A DNA stretch of 64,000 bases, from IMG/VR virus record IMGVR_UViG_2881155292_000002; one strand, 5' to 3'. Shown here piece after piece: positions 1 through 7,399 of the stretch; the first letter of the stretch is position 1; each line of letters begins with the position of its first letter. The notes under the pieces are model-generated. The model saw only the letters and a list, made by a program, of their open reading frames with translations, was not told the DNA's origin and searched no databases. Made by a program: the position numbers and the translations under genes. Origin of the DNA: a virus.

Positions 1-20
1 AGAATCCCTATCGGGCGCCA

Positions 21-239
21 GTGCTCACCAGCAATCCGGTGATCCAGGAGCTCGACCGCATCGTCCGCGCCTCCAATCGCGAGCAGCGGGAGATCATGGG
101 CAAAGCCGGCGTCACCAACCCTGCCTATGCCAGCTGGAAGCGTGGTGATTTCGAACCAACCCTGAGCAGCCTGCAAGCCATAGCCGGAGCGCTTGGCTAC
201 CAGGTCGCTCTCATCCCAAAGGAATCAGCCGATGCCTAA
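21..239 (+). CDS. XRE/Cro-C1-type helix-turn-helix protein
   Basis: 72 aa. The pattern 'REIMGKAGVTNPAYASWKRGDFEPTLSSLQAIAGALG' matches the HTH_3 signature (WxxG..P...L..IA.ALG). Confidence 0.8.
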   Translation: MLTSNPVIQELDRIVRASNREQREIMGKAGVTNPAYASWKRGDFEPTLSSLQAIAGALGYQVALIPKESADA

Positions 240-423
240 GTTCAAGGTCACCAAATGCGTCGACGCCTTCCAGCACTTTTCCATCGTGGTGGAAGCGGAA
301 AATGCAGAGGCCGCTGTCGAGCTCGCCAAGGAAGACGATGACATCCTCGACTGGGTCGACGATGGCGTCACCACCTATGACGACGTCGACTGGGAAAATA
401 TCGAGCCGGAGCTGGTCCCATGA
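232..423 (+). CDS. hypothetical acidic protein (63 aa)
   Basis: ATG at 232 overlaps the previous stop; phage-typical codon usage; MPKFKVTKCVDAF... Confidence 0.7.
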   Translation: MPKFKVTKCVDAFQHFSIVVEAENAEAAVELAKEDDDILDWVDDGVTTYDDVDWENIEPELVP

Positions 424-575
424 GCAAGCCCCGCTACTACCACACGACCGTCGGCCAGGACCATATTCCCGATCGCTGGAAGTGGCTCGACGTGGCCATC
501 CCCTACCTGCTGATCGCCGTCGCTTGCGGCATCGACATCATGGTTCTGCTTTCGCTTGGCTGGCGGCCGACATGA
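420..575 (+). CDS. small membrane protein (51 aa)
   Basis: Translated by hand; not in the ORF track. MSKPRYYHTTVGQDHIPDRWKWLDVAIPYLLIAVACGIDIMVLLSLGWRPT; ATGA overlaps at both ends; one hydrophobic segment. Confidence 0.6.
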   Translation: MSKPRYYHTTVGQDHIPDRWKWLDVAIPYLLIAVACGIDIMVLLSLGWRPT

Positions 576-751
576 GATCTGGCCCGAACCGCTATCGCCG
601 GGAAATAGACCCGTTCGCTTACACTCAGTTCGGCGACAGGTTCGCCATGGCCGACATCGAGGGTCGCCGCAAACCCGAACACTCACACGATCATCTCCCC
701 TGGTCCTGGGATCCAGAGCCATGGAGCGACGACGAAAAGGAGACACGCTGA
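572..751 (+). CDS. hypothetical protein (59 aa)
   Basis: ATGA overlap with the upstream gene and TGATG overlap with the downstream gene. Confidence 0.5.
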   Translation: MRSGPNRYRREIDPFAYTQFGDRFAMADIEGRRKPEHSHDHLPWSWDPEPWSDDEKETR

Positions 752-927
752 TGGTCATCGAAAACTTCCTCGAAGAGATCCGGCAGACCAGGTCCCTCAT
801 GAAGGTCAGCCTTCAGGAGGCCAAGCGGATCGTCGTCAAACGCCACATCCTGAAATCGATCGAGGAAGCCCGGAATTTCTATGAGCTCCGAGCCCTGGTT
901 CGAACTATCGCTGAGAAGGTGCTCTAA
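751..927 (+). CDS. hypothetical protein (58 aa)
   Basis: GGAGA RBS; TGATG coupling; MVIENFLEEIRQ... Confidence 0.6.
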   Translation: MVIENFLEEIRQTRSLMKVSLQEAKRIVVKRHILKSIEEARNFYELRALVRTIAEKVL

Positions 928-1130
928 TGAAGCTCCGATACGTAATTGAGGTCGACACCCAACGCATACCACATCAGCTGGACGACGACAAAAATTTGGT
1001 CGTTAGCGCTAAGCACGGCCAGATACTGCTCAATGTTCTGAAGAACGCCAACGTGTCCTGGGATGCCTGGAAAGAGCTGAACCAGACCTGCTCAATCGAC
1101 ATTGTATCAATCGAAGTGAAAGGAATCTGA
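927..1130 (+). CDS. hypothetical protein (67 aa)
   Basis: TAATG coupling in a tightly packed operon. Confidence 0.6.
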   Translation: MKLRYVIEVDTQRIPHQLDDDKNLVVSAKHGQILLNVLKNANVSWDAWKELNQTCSIDIVSIEVKGI

Positions 1131-1135
1131 TCACG

Positions 1136-2005
1136 ATGAGCTACCACGATCGTAAGGCCAACGCCCAGGCACTAGCTGCCGAGGTGCTCTCCAATCACGT
1201 CATGAAGGATGGCCTGGTGCGGTCGTTCCGCTTCCATACCCATCATGTCGCCAAGAGCTACGACAAGGGCCGCAAGGGAGATTATCCCTTTGCGATTCAT
1301 CAGCCGGCGGAGGGCGCCAAGTTCAGCCCGACCGGCACCTACGCCTTCACTCTCACCTGGACACCCGGCCAGCTTGTTCTAACCGGCGATTGTGACGAGC
1401 TCACGCTCACCCACTATAACGCCATGCCGACGTTCGAAGAGGCTATTCGGTGGATCACTGAATGCAGTGAGGACTTCGACTATCTCCTGGGCAAATCTAG
1501 TGCCCAGCGGGGCTATGACCAGGAAGAGACCTTCCACTGGTTCAAGCAGATGATCAACGAGGAGCTCTTCAATACTCTCCTCGGTCCGCAGAACTGGGCT
1601 GACCGCAAACTAGCGCGCAACTTTAAACGCGGCCAGATCCACGAACAGCGGGAGTGGCGCCGGAGTAAGGTCGACTGGGAGAGCCAAGAGGACTGGCTCG
1701 AGGATCGACCGAGCCATGTCTTCAATTCACCCGATGACGACGCTTGGCATTGGTGGAGAAAGATTTCCGAACACGCTTCTGTTTACAAGGAGCAGTTCGA
1801 CATCACCAAAGCCGAGGATCGAAAGGAACTCCTCCGAGAGATCGCAGGCAATTTCGAAGACGAGCATAGTGCTGCAGATTTTCTGTGGGGCGAGCTTGGA
1901 TGCGACGATCCCAACATCTGTCGCAACTACAACTGGCGTGCTTTCTTCCAGATCGCATGTATCCAGCACGGGTGCCGCTTGATCCTCGATTCAGGTGCTA
2001 TTTGA
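1136..2005 (+). CDS. hypothetical phage protein (289 aa)
   Basis: Long ORF in the operon with an AAGGA RBS; no function recognised. Confidence 0.75.
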   Translation: MSYHDRKANAQALAAEVLSNHVMKDGLVRSFRFHTHHVAKSYDKGRKGDYPFAIHQPAEGAKFSPTGTYAFTLTWTPGQLVLTGDCDELTLTHYNAMPTFEEAIRWITECSEDFDYLLGKSSAQRGYDQEETFHWFKQMINEELFNTLLGPQNWADRKLARNFKRGQIHEQREWRRSKVDWESQEDWLEDRPSHVFNSPDDDAWHWWRKISEHASVYKEQFDITKAEDRKELLREIAGNFEDEHSAADFLWGELGCDDPNICRNYNWRAFFQIACIQHGCRLILDSGAI

Positions 2006-2410
2006 TCTCCTCGGGCGTGAGAGCCCTGACCACCCACTTAACGGCAACGCATGTTGGCGCGATTTCGCACCTGAATCGCGGCGTGGGTGGTCAGGGAAAC
2101 TCTAATTCTATGGTTTATGTGGATATTCACGGTCCATTAACTTTCAGTAACATTTCAGTGATTGATAATCCATGACTATTAAGATTTATGGTTTCCCCGA
2201 CGGAAGGTAACCGTCTCCCATCTCCCCGAAGGAAACCCCCAGCAGTGACCCGCACGCCTTACGACCCCATGCCCGCTAAAACAGCAACTACTAAGAAAAG
2301 AAAACGCTTCAAGCAATGTCCAGACTGCCCCTGGTCAATCGACATTGCCAAACGACTTCACCGCAAAAAAGTGTGCTCCCGCCACCATGAAATCCTGAAG
2401 GACCTTTTCA

Positions 2411-3343
2411 ATGACCACGATCTCAGCCCAAACCATCTTGCGGAGCCGCCACTCGCAGCGACCTGACAAAGTTCTCTCGACGCTCCTTCTGCGCTACCCG
2501 CGCTGGATCCACGCTGAGCTGATGACCCACCGTCAGCTCAGCCGCAACGCCGCCTCCTCCCGGGCGATTCCTGTTGCCAAGTTGATCGCTGATGTTGAGA
2601 GCGATCCGGCTGTGCCCATGCACTGGGGAGCGAACCAGAAGGGAATGCAGGCCAATGCGGAGACCGATACCAAGGTCTCCAATTGGGCCTTTGCCGGCAT
2701 GGGACCGAAGCTCGCCAATGACAGAGCCTGGCTCCAGGCCAAGAATACAGCAGTTGCCGCGGCGAAGTCCTTTGCCAAGGCCGGCTATCACAAGCAGATC
2801 GTGAATCGGCTCCTGGAGCCTTTCGCCCACATTACCGTGCTTGCCTCGGCAACCGAGTGGTCGAACTTCATCGCGCTGCGGGACCATTCTGCAGCCGAAC
2901 CGCATATCCAGATCCTGGCTCGTGAGATCAAGCGAGAGCTCGATCGGACGGACAACATCAACCATTTGCTGCCTGGCATGTGGCATCTGCCTTTCCGCAC
3001 CGAAGAGTGGGGGAACCAGCGGCTGAACGGCGACGAGTACGAGATCGCTCTTAAGCGCGAGATCGCCCGCTCAGTCGCCTGCTGTGCCTCGACCTCCTAC
3101 AAGACGGTCGATGGCTTCGACATGACCTATGACAGGGCCATCGATCTGCATGACAAGCTGGTCGGCTCCACGCCGCTACATGCTTCGCCAGCCGAACACG
3201 TCGCTCAGGCTGACCGGTGGGATCCAGGCAGCTGGGGCAAGGAGGCAATCAAGGATGAGCTCGGCTGGGAAAACCCTGAGCAGCATAAAAATTTCGTTGG
3301 ATTTAGGCAGTATAGGGCCATGCTTCCAAATGAGTGTCTGTAA
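2411..3343 (+). CDS. thyX: flavin-dependent thymidylate synthase (ThyX/Thy1-like, N4-type)
   Basis: ThyX-like motif 'ELMTHRQLSRNAASSRAIP'; C-terminal 'HASPAEHVA' and 'NFVGFRQYR' recalled as typical of N4-like Thy1 proteins. Confidence 0.85.
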   Translation: MTTISAQTILRSRHSQRPDKVLSTLLLRYPRWIHAELMTHRQLSRNAASSRAIPVAKLIADVESDPAVPMHWGANQKGMQANAETDTKVSNWAFAGMGPKLANDRAWLQAKNTAVAAAKSFAKAGYHKQIVNRLLEPFAHITVLASATEWSNFIALRDHSAAEPHIQILAREIKRELDRTDNINHLLPGMWHLPFRTEEWGNQRLNGDEYEIALKREIARSVACCASTSYKTVDGFDMTYDRAIDLHDKLVGSTPLHASPAEHVAQADRWDPGSWGKEAIKDELGWENPEQHKNFVGFRQYRAMLPNECL

Positions 3344-3863
3344 GAACGGTCACGACGGTCCTCGTCGCAACAATGGGAATTGCATTGAGTGCGAAAAGGT
3401 CCGTTATAAAACCAGCGAGAAGAAGCGTACCTATCAAAAGGAAAACAGCCGTCAAAGGCGAGAGCGAGTTCGAAATGATCCACTTCTCAATGACGCGCAA
3501 CGGAAATACATGAAAGATTACCGGGAGGCGAATAAGGAACGCCTCGCGGTTTCGCAGTCCGAATATCAAAAACGTCCGGATGTGGCAGCACGATTTCGCT
3601 TAAAGCGAAAAGGCATTGACCCCACTGAACTCTCCCAGATCGTCTTGGAGGCGCAGACGTGTCAAATCTGTAATGGACCGCCGGATGGGAGATGGGAAAC
3701 CTTGCATGTCGACCACTGCCACGAGACCGGGGGTTTCAGAGGCATGATCTGTCATTCGTGCAATTCTGGGTTGGCTCGTTTCAAGGACAACCCAGACATC
3801 ATGCGGGCCGCAGCGGCCTATATCGAGCAATACAGGAAACAGCTCCCAAATGAGTGCCTTTGA
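3330..3863 (+). CDS. endonuclease VII-family (HNH-like) free-standing homing endonuclease
   Basis: 'CQIC...LHVDHCHETGGFRGMICHSCNSGLARFKDNPDIM' is the recombination endonuclease VII signature. ATG at 3330 overlaps the thyX end; lower GC than the flanks. Confidence 0.85.
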   Translation: MSVCKNGHDGPRRNNGNCIECEKVRYKTSEKKRTYQKENSRQRRERVRNDPLLNDAQRKYMKDYREANKERLAVSQSEYQKRPDVAARFRLKRKGIDPTELSQIVLEAQTCQICNGPPDGRWETLHVDHCHETGGFRGMICHSCNSGLARFKDNPDIMRAAAAYIEQYRKQLPNECL

Positions 3864-3935
3864 AAATCCCTAATTCTACAAAACAAAATCCGGAGAAAAT
3901 GATTCGCGAGCGGTGTCAATATAAATTGCTCGCGT

Positions 3936-3951
3936 CCACATTAAAATGTGG
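3936..3951. promoter_or_regulatory. palindromic operator candidate CCACA-N6-TGTGG (copy 1)
   Basis: ccacattaaaatgtgg; the same architecture recurs at 10201 and 56469, all intergenic. Confidence 0.55.
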
Positions 3952-4142
3952 ATTTTTCGTGATTAAGGGATTGTAAACGACCCGGAAATGGGTTTTCATC
4001 ATCGCAGTTCTGGTGACACAGTCAGAGCGAGGAGCTGGTAAGTCCTTGAGACTTCTGGCATTTTGCGGCGTCTAGCTTTCTTGACCCACTGCGAGACGGC
4101 ACATTCTTGTCACACGGACTAAACCTTCTGGAGGGTTTTGGG

Positions 4143-4195
4143 TCCCTCGTTCGCCTGGTCCGATCAACCGTGGCGAACGGGGGATTTGTTTTCTT
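4143..4195 (+). terminator. 13-bp hairpin with T-rich tail
   Basis: tccctcgttcgcc / ggcgaacggggga followed by tttgttttctt. Confidence 0.55.
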
Positions 4196-4272
4196 GGGTG
4201 TTGATAATCTCGACATAATCAAGATAATGTGCGAGACATATTTAACAAAACCGAGAGAATGAGAAACTGAAA

Positions 4273-4587
4273 ATGGCCGCCAGATATAAAAGAAAAGCAG
4301 ACGATACGGAGATCGTGAGGCTCAACAACATCGGCCTGTCGCTCACCAGCATCGGAGAACGGCTCGGCGTGCATCACACGACGGTCAAATACCGCCTGGA
4401 CGCGCTTGGCATTCCCCCGGCAGACACCCGCCGGGCATTCATGGAGGACATCTTCAGTGCCCTGCCTGTCTCACAGCAGGAATGGTTGATGAACCAGTTG
4501 GGACCTGGACACACGGTCAAGGACTTCGTCAGGTCACTGTTGATCAAAGAATTCATGGGTCGGGCGGCGCCGATCACTGAATCCTGA
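4273..4587 (+). CDS. helix-turn-helix DNA-binding protein (N4-like, upstream of helicase)
   Basis: 'GLSLTSIGERLGVHHTTVKYRL' is a classic HTH; position matches N4-like synteny. Confidence 0.8.
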   Translation: MAARYKRKADDTEIVRLNNIGLSLTSIGERLGVHHTTVKYRLDALGIPPADTRRAFMEDIFSALPVSQQEWLMNQLGPGHTVKDFVRSLLIKEFMGRAAPITES

Positions 4588-4737
4588 TTATTAAGGGATT
4601 ATCTACCGATTTACGAGATTCTAGCTTGACAAAATAATTGAAAACCACAAGGGTCTCGAAGCGAACCGAATAGCATGATTCGACCGGACAAGGGGTACTA
4701 AAGTCTCTGGTCGAATAAACCCGAATAGGAGTTAACA

Positions 4738-5352
4738 ATGAGTGAGCAAGCTACGGGTGAGGCGCCAACTGCCCTCACCCCACGTTTGGTCTTCGACAAA
4801 GCTCTCGTGGAGGAGTCCGTTCCGGCCTTCCTCCGCAAGGAACGTGGCGAGCCGCGGGAACCAGGGGATCCGGAGAAGCCCATCGTCGTTCAAGAGCCTG
4901 AAGTCGCCGCCGCGGTGACCGAACCCGTCAATCACCAGTCTGAAGATCGGCTGGAAGATCTGGTTGAGGCGCCGGCAGAAATCACCGAAGAGGTGTCGGC
5001 TCCCGAAGCCGATGCCGAAGCCAGGGAAGAGGATCCCATCGAGGGCCAGAACCTGGACGAACTGTCGGTCGAAGATCTGCAGCGTCAGCAGGAGGAGATC
5101 AACCGCAAGATCCAGGAGAAGCGCCAGGCTGAGAAGCAGAGCGTCATTGCCCAGATCGTCGAGGTGGTCAACACCTACAAGATCCCGGTCGACGAACTCG
5201 TCGAAGCCCTGGGCGGCCTGAAGGTCAAGCGCAAGGGCGTCAAGGCCAAGCCGAAGTACCAGGATCCGGTCTCCGGAGCCATCTGGTCCGGCCGCGGCAA
5301 GGAGCCTGCCTGGATCAAGGGCAAGAACCGAGCTCCCTTCGAGATCAAGTAA
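4738..5352 (+). CDS. hns: H-NS family nucleoid-associated protein with acidic N-terminal extension
   Basis: C-terminal 'KPKYQDPVSGAIWSGRGKEPAWI' matches the H-NS DNA-binding motif (TWSGRGRxPxW), preceded by a coiled-coil oligomerisation segment. Confidence 0.85.
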   Translation: MSEQATGEAPTALTPRLVFDKALVEESVPAFLRKERGEPREPGDPEKPIVVQEPEVAAAVTEPVNHQSEDRLEDLVEAPAEITEEVSAPEADAEAREEDPIEGQNLDELSVEDLQRQQEEINRKIQEKRQAEKQSVIAQIVEVVNTYKIPVDELVEALGGLKVKRKGVKAKPKYQDPVSGAIWSGRGKEPAWIKGKNRAPFEIK

Positions 5353-5528
5353 TCCGCCTGACGAGGCGGCTAGGGTGCATCATCCGGTCTGAGGTCGCTC
5401 TTCGGACGCAGTCCAGCCTGTGAGGCCTGGTCACCCGCTACTATCACCCGCCGGGTCAGCAACGCTTTCGGATAGGCGCCAAGTGACCCGGCATTTCTTT
5501 GCCTGGCTCCAACCCACGAGCATATTTT

Positions 5529-6851
5529 ATGAATATCCAGATCCAGCCCAGCACCGCCTACAATCTCAATGACGGCCAGAAGGCCGCGGCAGATGCTTTC
5601 CTCGAGTTCCTGTTCAGCGACGACAAGGAGTTCATCATCTCGGGTCCGGCCGGCGTCGGCAAGACCTACCTGATGAACTACATCATCGACAACACGATGC
5701 CGCGCTACCTCGAGATGTGCAAGCTGCTCGGCATCAAGCCGGAATACACCGAAGTCGTGATGACGGCGACCACCAACAAGGCGGCCGAGGTGCTCGGCAA
5801 GGCCACCGGTCGGCCGACCCAGACGACGGCATCGTTCTTCAACCTGACCGTCAAGAACGACTTCAAGACCGGCGAGACATTCCTGCAGCAGACCTCCAAG
5901 TGGAAGGTCCACCAGAAGCTGATCATCTTCATCGACGAATCCTCGATGATCGACACAGGTCTCTGGCGCATGCTCCACGACGGAACCATGGACTGCAAGC
6001 TGGTCTATGTCGGCGATCGCCACCAGCTGGCTCCGGTGAACGAGGACCTGTCCCCGATCTACAAGCGCGACTCTCCCATGGTCGAGCTGTTGCAGCCGGT
6101 CCGCAACGTCAACCAGCCGGCGCTGATGGCTATCTGCCAGCAGCTGCGCGACACCGTCGCCACCGGAACCTTCAAGCCGATCAAGCCGGTGCCTGGTGTC
6201 ATCGACCTGTTCGATGGCCCGCAGATGCAGGCCGAGATCGACCGGACCTTCATGAAGCAGAACTCGACGGCCCGAATCCTGGCCTACACCAACAAGCGGG
6301 TGATCGAGTACAACGACCACATCCGCAGCATGCGCAACCTGCCGGCGTCGTTCCAGCCAGGCGAAGTCCTGGTCACCAACTCGGTGCTCCACCATCGTCA
6401 CGGCAACATCGCGATCGAGATGGAAGTCGAGGTGCTCAACAACCACGGCGCCAACCGTGTCATGATCGACGAGGAACACGATGTCAGCCTCGACATCGAA
6501 GTCCTGGATCTGCGCGATCAGTTCGGTGACGTCTACCAGCATGTCGCCCTGCCGACCAACCGCAAGCATTTCGACGATCTCGTCAAATACTATGGTCGGG
6601 TGAAGAACTGGACGAGAATGTTCTATCTCAAGAACAATTTTGCCGACCTCCGGCCTCGTGATGCGGCCACTGTCCACAAGTCTCAAGGGTCCACCTACGA
6701 GACAGTCTTCGTGGATCTTGGTAATATCAGCACATGCAATATTCCGAGCCAGACGGCCCGGATGCTCTATGTTGCGTTTTCACGGGCTCGGAGCAGGGTT
6801 GTCCTTTATGGAGACCTTGCAGCCAAGTATGGAGGTCTCGACCTCTCGTAA
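5529..6851 (+). CDS. SF1B RecD/Dda-like DNA helicase (N4 gp37-like)
   Basis: Walker A 'GPAGVGKT', 'IFIDESSM', 'VGDRHQLAPV', 'TVHKSQGSTY', 'YVAFSRAR'. Confidence 0.95.
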   Translation: MNIQIQPSTAYNLNDGQKAAADAFLEFLFSDDKEFIISGPAGVGKTYLMNYIIDNTMPRYLEMCKLLGIKPEYTEVVMTATTNKAAEVLGKATGRPTQTTASFFNLTVKNDFKTGETFLQQTSKWKVHQKLIIFIDESSMIDTGLWRMLHDGTMDCKLVYVGDRHQLAPVNEDLSPIYKRDSPMVELLQPVRNVNQPALMAICQQLRDTVATGTFKPIKPVPGVIDLFDGPQMQAEIDRTFMKQNSTARILAYTNKRVIEYNDHIRSMRNLPASFQPGEVLVTNSVLHHRHGNIAIEMEVEVLNNHGANRVMIDEEHDVSLDIEVLDLRDQFGDVYQHVALPTNRKHFDDLVKYYGRVKNWTRMFYLKNNFADLRPRDAATVHKSQGSTYETVFVDLGNISTCNIPSQTARMLYVAFSRARSRVVLYGDLAAKYGGLDLS

Positions 6852-6866
6852 GGAAAGGATCGAACC

Positions 6867-7382
6867 ATGGCCATAGGACAGCATGGCGACCACCGTCTGT
6901 TCACCAACGTGATGACCCTCCTGAAGCTGTTGTTCGAGAGGGAAGAGGCCCAGCTCGCCAAGCGTGAGCTGGGCATGGTTTCCAGGAACACCGCTCTCGG
7001 CGGATCGACAGACGGCTTCCGCCATATGGGCGAGATCTATTCCGAGCTCACCGGCGCCAGCCGTCAGCGGGGCAAATACGGCCTGCTGCATCCGAGCCTG
7101 GTCGGCGAGATGGATGCCATCCTGGCCGAGCGCAAGACCGTCAACTACGACAAGGACCGCATCCGCCAGGCCTTCACTCTGGTGTTGCGGGACTGCCGGA
7201 CATGGCAGGACATGCGTGATGCACTGCCCAATTGCGTCAAGGATCTGATCCCCGAGTGCCGCCACCTGGCTCGAACCAGGGAGGAAGCATTCACCTTGGC
7301 AGATAATCCCAGATCATATACACAGTATATGCAGTTGCGCGAAAAGATCGAATTTTACGTCGCGGCCAGACTGCTTTACTGA
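6867..7382 (+). CDS. conserved N4-like hypothetical protein (gp38-like)
   Basis: Lies between helicase and DNA polymerase as in N4; AAGGA RBS. Confidence 0.75.
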   Translation: MAIGQHGDHRLFTNVMTLLKLLFEREEAQLAKRELGMVSRNTALGGSTDGFRHMGEIYSELTGASRQRGKYGLLHPSLVGEMDAILAERKTVNYDKDRIRQAFTLVLRDCRTWQDMRDALPNCVKDLIPECRHLARTREEAFTLADNPRSYTQYMQLREKIEFYVAARLLY

Positions 7383-7399
7383 GAAAATCCAGGAAGAAA

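Noticed and set aside
2188-2466. 92-aa ORF with CPDC motif upstream of thyX
   Set aside because: No clear RBS, atypical codon usage and overlap with thyX; cannot be supported as a gene from sequence alone.
3330-3863. Group I intron interrupting thyX
   Set aside because: thyX is complete with its own stop before the endonuclease body, and no P7-like intron core was recognised. A free-standing endonuclease with a duplicated tail explains the data better.
4626-4656. Sigma70 promoter at CTTGACA (4626)
   Set aside because: Good -35 but no recognisable -10 at 16-18 bp spacing.
5373-5492. Hammerhead ribozyme or SRP RNA in the structured segment
   Set aside because: Lacks the CUGANGA/GAAA core and the SRP GGAA/AGCAG loop motifs.
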